From a virus (taxonomy: Duplodnaviria; Caudoviricetes), in the IMG/VR virus record IMGVR_UViG_3300048693_000367, positions 32,001-96,000 of that record: a stretch of DNA of 64,000 nt. The stretch is one strand, 5' to 3'. The stretch's first letter is position 1. Each line of letters begins with the position of its first letter. Position numbers and translations under genes: made by a program. The notes below the pieces were generated by a model, which was not told where the DNA came from, made no database searches, and saw only the letters and a list, made by a program, of their open reading frames with translations. This document shows positions 9,665 through 20,100 of this stretch, one piece after another.

Positions 9665-10051
9665 ATGATATATCAATATATAAAAAACTTGCTTGGATAT
9701 TCAAAGCAAACAAAGCAGAAAGAGCATATAAGTTCAGAAAATCAACTTATTATATCTTGCGATGAGGATGGTCTTGTAAAAGTTAAAATTGCTATTAATC
9801 ATGTTGGAAAACAAGCTTCAACAAATTTTGGTAATATGCTATTTTTAATGAACGAAGGATATTATGTTCAGTCTATACTTGATATCTTCGAAGAAATTAA
9901 AGATTCTAATACCGATCATGCTAAATTTATAGAAGATATTACAAATACATGGTCTATGTGTATGTTACAAATTCAAAAACTAGAGGAAGAAGAAGAAAAT
10001 AATCCTATAGTATCTCCAACATTTTTTGATAAAGGATCGAAAAACCAATGA
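9665..10051 (+). CDS. Hypothetical protein
   Basis: ORF in tightly packed operon. Confidence 0.55.
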   Translation: MIYQYIKNLLGYSKQTKQKEHISSENQLIISCDEDGLVKVKIAINHVGKQASTNFGNMLFLMNEGYYVQSILDIFEEIKDSNTDHAKFIEDITNTWSMCMLQIQKLEEEEENNPIVSPTFFDKGSKNQ

Positions 10052-10473
10052 AACCAATTATAGTGTGGGAAAAATGGATAGATCCGTTTGGAGCAGATAT
10101 GGACGAGGTAAAATGGACCGATTATGATAATAAAATCGATGATCTAGATGAAGATATTGAAAATGAAGATGAAGATGGACCCAAAATTATTCAGAATAGT
10201 AAACCTATAAAGGTTATAGCTTCCCCAATGGGATTAATACCATATAACGAACATACCGCTAGTAGTAAAATTTTTAACTTTTGGCTTGGGCATACTAATT
10301 TTAACATATCTGAAAAAATACAAAAAATTATTGAAACTTGTGATGGCGTAGAAATACTAGACATATTTACACGATATCGCTTTAGAATTGCTATAGGTAA
10401 ATGCTTTAATGACTCAGATACTATGAAAGATATTAATGATAAAGTATACAGAGTTATAAATAATCATGACTAA
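10048..10473 (+). CDS. Hypothetical protein
   Basis: ATGA overlap; WEKWIDPFG and FNFWLGHTNFNI..GVEILDIFTRYRFRIAIGK look like conserved phage motifs. Confidence 0.6.
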   Translation: MKPIIVWEKWIDPFGADMDEVKWTDYDNKIDDLDEDIENEDEDGPKIIQNSKPIKVIASPMGLIPYNEHTASSKIFNFWLGHTNFNISEKIQKIIETCDGVEILDIFTRYRFRIAIGKCFNDSDTMKDINDKVYRVINNHD

Positions 10474-11146
10474 TCATAATCATCATAATAATATTCTTAA
10501 TGATATTCATTCTTATAATATAGATGTTGAAAATAGAGAAATTTATTTACATTCATACTTATCCGACAATGATGAAGAACCCGGTGTAGACTATCGTTCT
10601 GCTATTATCTTTCAAAAAAATATGAGATATCTTAATTTGATATCTTTAGATCCTATTTTGATTCATATGCACATGCCCGGTGGCGATTGGCAAGATTGTC
10701 TCGGAATATACGATGTGATAAAAAATAGTAAAAGCAAAGTTATTATAGTGGCTTATGCAAAGGTGGAGTCTAGTAGTACTGTTTTATTGCAGGCTGCTGA
10801 TCTTAGAATTCTAAGTCCTAATACTAATTTTTTGGTACATTATGGTTCTATTAGCGTAGACAATGAACACAAAGCGGCTCTTAGTATGGTTCAATGGAGC
10901 GAAAAAGAGAGCGAAAAGATGATAGATATATTTACAGAAAAGTGTATGAATAGTAAGATTTGCAAAGAAAAAAATTGGAAAAGATTAATGGCAAGAAAGC
11001 ATATTGTAACACAATTAGCCACTAAAAGAGATTGGATTCTTACAGCAGAAGAGGCCGTGGACTATGGCTTCGCTGATGGTATTCTTGGTACTAAAAGATT
11101 TCCAAATTTAGACTATATTAAGAACGCTATAAAGAAAGCTAAATAA
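10466..11146 (+). CDS. clpP: ClpP-family serine protease
   Basis: REIYL, MPGGD...IYDVI, catalytic Ser (VES), His (LVHYG) and Asp (RDWILTAEEAVDYGFAD) all present. Confidence 0.8.
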   Translation: MTNHNHHNNILNDIHSYNIDVENREIYLHSYLSDNDEEPGVDYRSAIIFQKNMRYLNLISLDPILIHMHMPGGDWQDCLGIYDVIKNSKSKVIIVAYAKVESSSTVLLQAADLRILSPNTNFLVHYGSISVDNEHKAALSMVQWSEKESEKMIDIFTEKCMNSKICKEKNWKRLMARKHIVTQLATKRDWILTAEEAVDYGFADGILGTKRFPNLDYIKNAIKKAK

Positions 11147-11811
11147 TGTATATTGATTTTGCTATAACAGATACGGAAATCAACGAAGCAGAGTCGAAAA
11201 CTCTTGTTAATGAAATACAGCAGTATCCGATAAATAGTATCACACTACCATATTACCTAATTAAATCTGTAAAAAATTTAGTACCAACCGATAAAATTGT
11301 CATTTCTTGTTTGGTCGATTATCCACTTGGTATTTCTGACACCAAAACTAGACGATGCGCTATTGAGCAAGCCTTTAAAGCCGGAGCAAACGCTGTTGAC
11401 ATAGCGATGCCACAAAACTTAGCCGCCAATAGAAAATATGATAAAATTAGAGATGATGTAAAAAGCGTTATGGAATATTGTGCTGAAAGTGGACTTCACG
11501 CTAGATATATCTTAGAATATCGATTTTTTGACCATCATTGTTTAAAGAAAATATGTGAAATTTTTGAAAATTTTAATATCAAATATGTTTATCCGTCCAC
11601 AGGATATTTTCTAGATAATTTAGCCGATAATATCTTGGCATCCATTTTCCTATATGAAAACTCTAAAGATCTCAATATTATTTGTACTGGAAATATTTGG
11701 GCAGAAAAACACTTTAGTACCATGATAAAATCTGGTCTATTTGGCTTTAGAACCACATCAATCCATAGTCTGCGTAATTTTATACAGTTCAATTCGACGC
11801 ATAAAGAGTGA
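11146..11811 (+). CDS. Deoxyribose-phosphate aldolase (DeoC)-like TIM barrel lacking catalytic lysines
   Basis: VDYPLG, AGANAVD, RYILE and YVYPSTGY correspond to DeoC IGFPLG, GADEID, KVIIE and FVKTSTGF. Confidence 0.75.
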   Translation: MYIDFAITDTEINEAESKTLVNEIQQYPINSITLPYYLIKSVKNLVPTDKIVISCLVDYPLGISDTKTRRCAIEQAFKAGANAVDIAMPQNLAANRKYDKIRDDVKSVMEYCAESGLHARYILEYRFFDHHCLKKICEIFENFNIKYVYPSTGYFLDNLADNILASIFLYENSKDLNIICTGNIWAEKHFSTMIKSGLFGFRTTSIHSLRNFIQFNSTHKE

Positions 11812-11863
11812 TGTCGGTGTATATACAAAAGTCTTAAAATTCCCTTTATTACGGAGTATACTA

Positions 11864-12433
11864 ATGGCCACAGCTCAAGTTAACGGTTCAGCCCTAACAG
11901 GCAATGGATTTGGCTCATTTTTAGAAGCCAACAACGCTCACGGAACAATGAAAGCCAATGGTACAGCAACATCGAATGTTTTAGAGAGTGTAACAACACC
12001 AGATCCCAAAGTTGCAGTTTTTGCATCAACAGTTATCCCAGATACTACAACACAGGTTGATTATGCTGGCAAAGCTGTTTCTGCTGGTACATTTGCTCAC
12101 AATAATACAAAGCCAGTTTCAAGTTTAATCACAGATGAACTTGCTGGCGTTGCTAATAGTGCTATCAAAACACCGGGCAATGATGGTGATATAATCCGTA
12201 GCATCAATAAAGTAGAAAGTAATGCTTCTGATCTATTTACTACAGCTCTTAGAGCCAATAAGTACAATAGAACAACTGGCGAATGGGATGTTGGTTATCC
12301 AGCCGCAACAACAATTTCGTTTAGTACAGACGAAGCAGCCACTCCAACAGCAGCAGTTCCTGGCGAACTGACCTATATGAGAGGCGCTAAGACTCCATAT
12401 AACGATAACTACAAGGCTAAAACTAATTATTGA
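11864..12433 (+). CDS. Probable virion structural/decoration protein (Ala/Thr/Gly-rich)
   Basis: Composition; SD GGAG before ATG 11864; upstream GGTGTATA motif and downstream terminator. Confidence 0.5.
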   Translation: MATAQVNGSALTGNGFGSFLEANNAHGTMKANGTATSNVLESVTTPDPKVAVFASTVIPDTTTQVDYAGKAVSAGTFAHNNTKPVSSLITDELAGVANSAIKTPGNDGDIIRSINKVESNASDLFTTALRANKYNRTTGEWDVGYPAATTISFSTDEAATPTAAVPGELTYMRGAKTPYNDNYKAKTNY

Positions 12434-12470
12434 TTAATGAATTTATGTTTATAATCCGAGGCCAATAGGG

Positions 12471-12508
12471 AAAGAGCCATCATACACAGTGTATCGATGG
12501 CTTTTTTT
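12471..12508 (+). terminator. Rho-independent terminator
   Basis: AGCCATC-ATACAC / GTGTAT-C-GATGGCT stem followed by a T run. Confidence 0.8.
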
Positions 12509-12525
12509 CTTGAAGGATAAATATT

Positions 12526-12846
12526 ATGTCAGAAACGATTATTCATTTTTGGGAAAATATAGCTACCACTAGTATCGGTATAATAGTTACTATGGTAGGT
12601 TTTTGGGTTGCAATAGGTCGCAATATGGCTACTAAAAGCGAGGTTGCTCACATGATAGAAACCCAAAGTCCCTACAACGAAGATCGTCAGTTTATAATGG
12701 AACGATTAGCTAGCAACAAAGAGACACAAGCGGCCTTCGCTTCTGCTTTACAGCGAAACACAGAGGTAATGACAGAACTTAAAATTCAAATAGCCACACT
12801 TGGTAAAACTCTGGAAGCTTTAGAAGATAGAATAGAGCGCGCCTAA
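12526..12846 (+). CDS. Single-TM membrane protein with coiled coil (holin/lysis-associated?)
   Basis: N-terminal TM IATTSIGIIVTMVGFWVAI; heptad-like C-terminus. Confidence 0.5.
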   Translation: MSETIIHFWENIATTSIGIIVTMVGFWVAIGRNMATKSEVAHMIETQSPYNEDRQFIMERLASNKETQAAFASALQRNTEVMTELKIQIATLGKTLEALEDRIERA

Positions 12847-12863
12847 TGGTGTATAATCATAAC

Positions 12864-13226
12864 ATGAATACAAAATTAAAGCCAGGATATAAAACTAGTG
12901 AATTTTGGTTTACATTGGTTAGTTTTATTTTTAGTGGACTTTATCTTACCGGATTAATTACAGAGAATTCACATAAAGAAGATCTTATTCAAGAAACCAG
13001 TAGAGGATTAGAGGCTGTTATTTTAATTATTGGACAATTAACTGTTCTATATAGATATGTGAAAGGTAGAACAGAAATTAAGAAAAGTTGGTGGAATAAT
13101 GATGATACAAAAGTAGTACCACCAAAGAAAAAAACCAACACTAAAACTAAACCCAAACCCAAACCAGGGGTAATTTATGACTCCTCAAGAATTAGTAAAA
13201 GTAGAAATAGAAAAACTAATAAATAA
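12864..13226 (+). CDS. Putative holin-like membrane protein
   Basis: KPGYKTSEFW motif, two hydrophobic segments, basic C-terminus. Confidence 0.55.
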   Translation: MNTKLKPGYKTSEFWFTLVSFIFSGLYLTGLITENSHKEDLIQETSRGLEAVILIIGQLTVLYRYVKGRTEIKKSWWNNDDTKVVPPKKKTNTKTKPKPKPGVIYDSSRISKSRNRKTNK

Positions 13227-13602
13227 TACCAAAGATTCTTTGGGTATTGTTAAAAAGGTAGCATTAGCTCAAGCATGGAAAATTTTACAATTAGCAGTAG
13301 CGTCTGTGGTACAGATTATAGAGCAAATTGCTACTGATTTAGCGGGACCGGATAAAAAGGTTATCGCTATGGAAGCATTATCCAAGTTTTATGATAGCGT
13401 TTTTGTAGTAATAGATATACCCTTTGTTCCAAATTTTTTCGAGCCTATTATACATAAGTATGTGAAATCTATTCTCATGATAATGGTCGGTGCTACAATT
13501 GATGCTATGGTAACAACCTTTAGAAATACCGGAGTGTTTATTGATTCGCAGGCCAAGATAAATTCACTAATTGACATTATCCCAAAGACTTCAGATAAAT
13601 AA
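13177..13602 (+). CDS. Hypothetical amphipathic/membrane-associated protein
   Basis: ORF with upstream GGGG SD; amphipathic helices. Confidence 0.55.
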   Translation: MTPQELVKVEIEKLINNTKDSLGIVKKVALAQAWKILQLAVASVVQIIEQIATDLAGPDKKVIAMEALSKFYDSVFVVIDIPFVPNFFEPIIHKYVKSILMIMVGATIDAMVTTFRNTGVFIDSQAKINSLIDIIPKTSDK

Positions 13603-13613
13603 GAGGCTTTACA

Positions 13614-14000
13614 ATGAATTATGTTACTCAAAGTTTTGATGAATTTAGTAGTAGTTTAGCACCAGTGGATATCGCATTATATGCTGGTGTTGGTTTAGTA
13701 TTATGGGTAGTGTTTAAGGATAAACTTAGTCCAGTACAACAACTAGTTAATCCATTGGTTGATAAGCTAAAAAATACGCTTGGTAATAAAACCAGTGTTG
13801 CTGGTATAGTCACTAAACCTGTTACCACAGCACAGATTAATGCTAAGAATGATTTGTTTTTTAGGCTTGTAGAATCTTGGAAACAAACAAGAGACTTGGC
13901 AGAACAAAGTGGTTGTCAGGAAGCCATTAAGGTGGCGGATCAAATGTTTCCTTATCTTAGTCCCAAGGTCTGTGCAGAAGCAAAGGATAATTCGCTATGA
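13614..14000 (+). CDS. Single-TM hypothetical membrane protein
   Basis: TM IALYAGVGLVLWVVF; SD GAGG. Confidence 0.55.
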   Translation: MNYVTQSFDEFSSSLAPVDIALYAGVGLVLWVVFKDKLSPVQQLVNPLVDKLKNTLGNKTSVAGIVTKPVTTAQINAKNDLFFRLVESWKQTRDLAEQSGCQEAIKVADQMFPYLSPKVCAEAKDNSL

Positions 14001-14491
14001 ATAACAAGATACTATTAGCTATTGCTGCTGCTTTGATCTTAGTTGGTTTTTTAAAACCAGACCTATCTTCTATTATTAATAATAACACAAGAGACAGAGT
14101 AGATGTTGTCAATGTTATAAAACCAACAAACAAAGGATTATTAGATGCTTGTTTTGATGTAATAAAGTCATTTAAAAATGGTCCATCGTCTAGAACAGCA
14201 GACGCTAAAAGGCTATCGTCTCTATATTCCGACATTGCTACACTAATTGAATTGGATGGCGAAGACGCAGTAATCAAGACTACTGATGAGGTTAGACAAG
14301 CAAATAGTCTTTCTGGAGTTATGCTAAAGCTAGACATGAAAGGAAAATATAAAGATTTGGCAAGTTCTTGCAATAGTGTTATTCAAGCTGCTATTGGTGA
14401 TGATAGTGTATTATTAGATAAAGATCTAAGAGCTAAAGCCGCAGACGGATTTAAAGCATTAGCATGGGCTTGTAATGAAGGTAGCAAATAA
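13997..14491 (+). CDS. Secreted or membrane-anchored hypothetical protein
   Basis: Signal-like N-terminus MNNKILLAIAAALILVGFL. Confidence 0.55.
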   Translation: MNNKILLAIAAALILVGFLKPDLSSIINNNTRDRVDVVNVIKPTNKGLLDACFDVIKSFKNGPSSRTADAKRLSSLYSDIATLIELDGEDAVIKTTDEVRQANSLSGVMLKLDMKGKYKDLASSCNSVIQAAIGDDSVLLDKDLRAKAADGFKALAWACNEGSK

Positions 14492-15417
14492 TGGCTCGTT
14501 TATCACCACAAGAATTATACAATAATTACCGTAAAGGTTTTTCTGGATGTATTTGGGAACAAAACATCTTTGATCATTTGATGGAAACATCAAAGTATGC
14601 TCTTTTTGGTGATGCTAGTAAAAAAATTAAGAACAGCGGCAAGGGTAAACTTAGTACACCATATAAAAGCGTATTAAAATTTGATAAGAATCCTTATAAT
14701 GAAAGACAGGTAACTGGCGATTGTGTTTCACATGGAACGCGTAATGCATGTGATATAACTAGAGCCGTAGAGATTGATGTTCATGGTGAAAGAGAGGGTT
14801 GGATAGCAAGAGGCGCTACAGAAGCAATTTATGGTGCTCGTGGATGGGCCGGTCAGGGAATGAGTTGTGCTAGAGCAGCAGAATTTGTTAGTACCGTTGG
14901 TGGTATTGTTGTAAGACAAAACTATCCGGGGATTGCCGATTTTACAAAATATAATGGTAATCTTGGCGCGGGGTGGGGCGGTCGTGGATTACCAGATAAG
15001 GTTATTGATCTTGCAAATGATCACCAAATCAAAACTGTTAGTTTGGTTAAAACCATAGAAGAAGCTAGAGATGCGCTTGCTAATGGTTATGGCATAGCCG
15101 TTTGTTCTAATTATGGTTTTAGTAATAAAAGAGACAAAAAAGGATTTGCAGCACAATCTGGTAGTTGGGCTCATTGTATGGCTTGGATAGCCTGTGATGA
15201 TACCGGCGACGAACCAGCATTTTTAGTCCAAAATAGTTGGGGTAAATGGAATGATGGTGGTCATCCAGAATGGGGTACAATTCCAGACGGCTCCTTTCTT
15301 ATCCATGCTGATGTAGCAGAAGGTATGTTAAAGCAAAGTGGCTCTTATGCCTTTAGTCAATTTGATGGTTTTCCATTACAAAAACTACCATCTTATGGTT
15401 TTGAGGATTATCTATGA
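14491..15417 (+). CDS. Papain-like cysteine peptidase (C1 family)
   Basis: Oxyanion Gln and catalytic Cys (RQVTGDCVSHG), His (WAHCM), Asn (VQNSWG). Confidence 0.8.
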   Translation: MARLSPQELYNNYRKGFSGCIWEQNIFDHLMETSKYALFGDASKKIKNSGKGKLSTPYKSVLKFDKNPYNERQVTGDCVSHGTRNACDITRAVEIDVHGEREGWIARGATEAIYGARGWAGQGMSCARAAEFVSTVGGIVVRQNYPGIADFTKYNGNLGAGWGGRGLPDKVIDLANDHQIKTVSLVKTIEEARDALANGYGIAVCSNYGFSNKRDKKGFAAQSGSWAHCMAWIACDDTGDEPAFLVQNSWGKWNDGGHPEWGTIPDGSFLIHADVAEGMLKQSGSYAFSQFDGFPLQKLPSYGFEDYL

Positions 15418-15569
15418 GAATTATTGATAAAATAGCACTTCAAAAACTTATCTCAATGATATTGAATTTTATTATTAAACTAGTTGAAATTTGTGCTCCC
15501 AAACCAGACGGACAACCAGATTCTGATAAAAAGATTTGGTTGCCTCGTATTAGAAGGAAAAAGCAATGA
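15414..15569 (+). CDS. Small hypothetical protein (51 aa)
   Basis: Translated by hand: MRIIDKIALQKLISMILNFIIKLVEICAPKP...RIRRKKQ. ATGA overlaps at both ends. Confidence 0.55.
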   Translation: MRIIDKIALQKLISMILNFIIKLVEICAPKPDGQPDSDKKIWLPRIRRKKQ

Positions 15570-15916
15570 AAACCGCCTTCGCACTATTGTTATTATCGGT
15601 TGTGGTATTTAGTTCATCTCCTTATACTGGTTCCACCAAAGCCGTAGTAACATTGGTTGGTGGTATTATTAAAAATCAACATATAGACAATAATGTCAAA
15701 TTTAAAAGAAAAGACTGTCCTGTATGCAAAGGTAGTGGTAAATATCTCAGTGGCGATGGAATAAAGATGGTGGATTGTGGATACTGTGAACCAGAAACTA
15801 AAGAAGCCCCATTAGGTAGCGGTAGTTCACAGATTATCTCATCCCCAAAACCAGCATGCAATGGTCCAGAATGTACTCATAATAATCAACGCCCAGTTAT
15901 TATAAAGAGATATTAA
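15566..15916 (+). CDS. Secreted protein with DnaJ-like zinc finger
   Basis: Signal peptide; CPVCKGSG...CGYC. Confidence 0.55.
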   Translation: MKTAFALLLLSVVVFSSSPYTGSTKAVVTLVGGIIKNQHIDNNVKFKRKDCPVCKGSGKYLSGDGIKMVDCGYCEPETKEAPLGSGSSQIISSPKPACNGPECTHNNQRPVIIKRY

Positions 15917-15917
15917 T

Positions 15918-16316
15918 ATGAATAAAAAAGTTAATGAGCCATTAAAAAATATTGCTGAAAAAGTTTTAGACAAAGTACCTAATAAAGATCCTGAAAAATT
16001 TGGTAGCGTGATTGCTATTCTCATGGTCATTAGTATCATACTAACCGTTATAAGAGTTATTCAGGAATGTAATAAAAAGAAAATTCAATTATTTAATCGT
16101 AGACAAAAGACAGAATTTTATGGTCAAGAAATTAAAAATCTGAGTCTACGCAGATCGTGGTTTACTAGAATGACTGTAAAAAAAGTTATTCGTAAAGAAC
16201 TATCTCCAGATAATTACAAAGCGTATGGTATTCAACTAATGAATGCCATTCTAGACACAGGAGAAACTCTCACGGAAGATGAAATTAAAACCTTAGTGGA
16301 GGCCGCAAATGTTTAA
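15918..16316 (+). CDS. Single-TM hypothetical protein
   Basis: FGSVIAILMVISIILTVIRVIQEC hydrophobic segment. Confidence 0.55.
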   Translation: MNKKVNEPLKNIAEKVLDKVPNKDPEKFGSVIAILMVISIILTVIRVIQECNKKKIQLFNRRQKTEFYGQEIKNLSLRRSWFTRMTVKKVIRKELSPDNYKAYGIQLMNAILDTGETLTEDEIKTLVEAANV

Positions 16317-16554
16317 TATTATCATATGGTGCGTGTATGGTTTGTTCGTTGGTAGTATAGCAAAAAGTTTAGTTCCAGGAGAAGAAAATTTCGGATTCTG
16401 GAAAACAATAGCACTGGGGGTTGCCGGATCATACTCCGGTGGTATAATAACTTATCTGCTGGGCATGACTGCACTACAACCAGCAGGGATATTAATGGGA
16501 GTTGCTGGAGCAACTTGTTCATTAATCTTTTATAAGAAGTTATTAGAAAAATAA
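16309..16554 (+). CDS. GlsB/YeaQ/YmgE (transglycosylase-associated) membrane protein
   Basis: W.VYGLFVGSIAKSLVPG..GFWKTIALGVAGS..GG pattern, three TMs. Confidence 0.75.
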   Translation: MFNIIIWCVYGLFVGSIAKSLVPGEENFGFWKTIALGVAGSYSGGIITYLLGMTALQPAGILMGVAGATCSLIFYKKLLEK

Positions 16555-16560
16555 AATTTC

Positions 16561-17028
16561 ATGCGGCCAAGTTGGACTGATTATTTTTTAGGACTTGCGA
16601 AAGTCGTTTCGCAACGTAGTCATGATATGCAAACACAACACGGTTGTGTGATCACAGACACCCACAACAGAATACTGGGTGTCGGATATAATGGTTTTCC
16701 AAGAGGTCTAGACGATAAATTACTACCAAATACTAGGCCAGAAAAATATCCGTGGATGATACACGCTGAAAGAAACGCTCTATCAAACTGTGTGGTCAGA
16801 CCAGACAACGGTATTGCATATGTCACAGGACAATGCTGCAACGACTGTATTATGGCTTTATGGCAAGAAGGAATAAACACGGTTATTATGACAAATAATC
16901 ATGGTACACATCTATTTGATGAAAATGCACAAAAAAGATTTGACGCTTTTATACAAATGAGCGGTATTAAAATTTCATATATAGAACCAAATCTTTCTTG
17001 GATCAAAGAACTTGGCGGTGTATTATGA
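16561..17028 (+). CDS. dCMP deaminase
   Basis: RPSWTDYF, RS.D, GYNG, HAERNA and CCNDC zinc motifs. Confidence 0.9.
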   Translation: MRPSWTDYFLGLAKVVSQRSHDMQTQHGCVITDTHNRILGVGYNGFPRGLDDKLLPNTRPEKYPWMIHAERNALSNCVVRPDNGIAYVTGQCCNDCIMALWQEGINTVIMTNNHGTHLFDENAQKRFDAFIQMSGIKISYIEPNLSWIKELGGVL

Positions 17029-17159
17029 ATACATTAGCATTCTATATTAGTTTATTCGTTTATTTTTATTATTTAATCAGTGGTAATACAGAAATGGTTA
17101 ATTTTTCTTTTCATATGACTGTATTACTAGGAATTCTCGCAATTTTAAATAGGAGATAA
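17025..17159 (+). CDS. Small two-TM membrane protein (44 aa)
   Basis: Translated by hand: MNTLAFYISLFVYFYYLISG...VLLGILAILNRR. ATGA overlap; carries the nrdJ SD. Confidence 0.5.
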   Translation: MNTLAFYISLFVYFYYLISGNTEMVNFSFHMTVLLGILAILNRR

Positions 17160-17160
17160 T

Positions 17161-20100
17161 ATGTCCGCGCTTCAAGAACTGCAAAATTATACATTTGTTA
17201 GTAAGTATGCTCGTTGGTTAGAAGATAAAAGCCGTCGTGAAACTTGGAAAGAAGCAGTCGAGCGCGTTAAAAATATGATGCATACTAAGTATGCGGATTT
17301 TGGTATTTCGGAAGAGATAAATTGGGCATATGATATGATGTACAAAAAGAAAGTACTAGGAAGTCAAAGAGCACTTCAATTTGGTGGCGACCCTATTCTT
17401 AAGAGACACGCCAAGATCTATAACTGCACCAGTTCATATTGTGATAGACTAAGATTCTTCCAAGAATGTTTTTGGTTATTATTGTGTGGTAGTGGCACAG
17501 GATTCAGCGTACAAAAACACCATGTTTCTAAACTACCAAATCTAGAACACAACCCACCAGAAGGCGAAGGAACAAAATATACGATAGATGACAGTATTGA
17601 AGGATGGGCTGATGCTCTTGGTGTTTTACTCAGCAGCTATTTTAGTAAACCTGTTGAAGAGTTTAAAAAGTATAAAAATACATACGTCGTTTTTGATTAC
17701 AGCAATATCCGTGCAAAAGGATCATCACTAGCAAGCGGAGTAGGCAAAGCCCCTGGATTTGAACCATTAGCCAATGGCTTAGAGAAGATCAGAGCATTAC
17801 TTGATCGCTGTATTGTTAATGGACAAAAGAAACTACGCCCTATTGACGCTTATGATATTGTGATGCATAGTAGTGATGCTGTATTAAGTGGTGGTGTTCG
17901 TCGTTCTGCTAGTCTTGCACTATTTAGTCCAGATGATGAAGAAATGGCGAAGGCTAAAACTGGCAACTGGTATATTGATAATCCACAAAGAGCGCGTAGT
18001 AATAATTCAGCTCTTTTATTAAAAAACGAAACAACTTTTGAAGAATTCCAAGTCCTTATGGAAAGTGTGAAAGAATTTGGAGAGCCTGGATTTATTTGGA
18101 GCGAATCCACAGAAATGATTTTTAATCCTTGTGTTGTTGACGATTCCACTGTAGTCACTGATCGTGGTTTACAGATGGTATCAGACCTAATCAACAAAGG
18201 TTTTAATGCAATAGTTGATGGAATTTCTTATCCAAGTTACAAAGGGTTTTGGAAAACCGGAACCAAACAAGTTATAGAACTTGAATTTAAATCTGGTAGA
18301 ACATTAAAAGTAACACCAAATCATAAAATTATGACCACTACTGGATGGAAAGAAGCAGGATCTATAAACTTCGGAGAATCTGTTGTTATTAATAATCATA
18401 GATCATATGATTATACAGCTAATATAAATTTTGAATCACAAGACTGGAAAAAGGGCTACTTATTAGGACTATTTTTAGGAGACGGCAACAACTCTAAGTC
18501 AGCCGCTCAGCTAAAGTGGTGGGGGGAATCAAAAGAACAATATAGAAAAGACGCTTATGATATGTTGTCTGATGTTGGATTTATCAATAATCTTCATCAT
18601 GATACACAGAGTACAGTGGCTGTCTATAGCTCAATAGAATCCAAGCAGTTAATGGATTTTGCTATCAGTAAAAATTGTATGGTTGGCACCTCAAAGAAGG
18701 TTACAAAAGAATCTGTTTGTGGTTCATGGAGTTACATCTCAGGATTGGTCGCCGGATATTTTGATGCTGACGGAACAGTTTTAGTAAATAATACAAAAGG
18801 TTCATCACTTAGAATCTCCTCGGTTCAGCTTGAAAATTTACAAAATTTACAAATAGCACTCAATTCCTTTGGTATTTATTCTAAGATTTACAAGAATCGC
18901 AGAATAGAAGGTGAAAGATCAATGCCAGACGGTAGAGGCGGCACAAAAGACTATTTCTGTCAAGCCTCTCATGAACTAGTAATTAGTAATGATAATATTG
19001 TAAGATTTGCGAAGTATATACCAATAAAAAATACTAATAAACTAGAAAAAATTCAAACGATTGTTAGCAACTATAAAAGAATGCCAAATAGAACCAATTT
19101 TACCGATATACTAATTAATAAAGTTGTAGTTGGTGAACTAGACGTTTATGATTGTACAGTAGAGAATATACATGCTTTTGACAATGACGGAGTATATGTT
19201 CATAACTGTGTGGAAATTGGTATGTGGCCAATCGACGAAGAGAGCGGCAAAAGTGGCTGGCAAGGATGCAATCTATCAACCATCAATTGCTCTAGCGTAA
19301 CAGACGAGGAAGATTTTTATGAAAGGTGCAAAGCCGCAGCTATTATAGGCACTTTACAGGCTGGTTTTACTAAGCTTGCTTATCTTGGTGACATTAGTGA
19401 AAAGATTTTTGAAAGAGAAGCTTTATTAGGCGTATCTCTAACGGGTACTATGGAAAAGCACGAATTAGTTCTTACAGAAAAAGTATTAACTAAAGGCGCA
19501 AAAATCGCAGTAGAAACCAACAAATCTATTTCTGAAAAGATTAATATCAATCAGGCTGCTAGAGTAACATGCCTAAAACCAGAAGGCACCAGTAGTAGTA
19601 TGTTGGGTACAAGTTCTGGTATCCACCCACACCATGCTAAACGATATATTCGCCATGTACAGGCAAATATTTTAGAAGCACCATACCAACACTTTAAGAA
19701 ATTAAACCCGCAAGCCTGCGAAAAATCATCGTGGTCGGCAAATAACACCGATGAGGTAATTAAATTTCCCATAGAAGTACCAGATGGTGCCAAACTTAAA
19801 AATCAATTACCAGCAGTAGAAATGCTTTCAGTGGTAAAAGAAACACAAAAAAATTGGGTCAACTCTGGAAAAAATAAAGCATTATGTACTCAGGATTATC
19901 TAAGTCATAATGTGAGCAATACGGTAACAGTAAAACCAGATGAATGGAATGAGGTTACCAAATATATCTATGATAATAGAAAATATTTTGCTGGCATATC
20001 TCTTATTCCACAAAGCGGAGACAAGGATTATCCACAAGCACCATTTACTACTGTTTATACCAGTAGAGAAATTGTTAAAGAATATGGGGATGCTGCTTTG

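Noticed and set aside
17017-17024. GGTGTATT as another promoter-motif copy
   Set aside because: It is an imperfect match directly abutting the next ATG and is explained by coding sequence or SD. Left uncounted.
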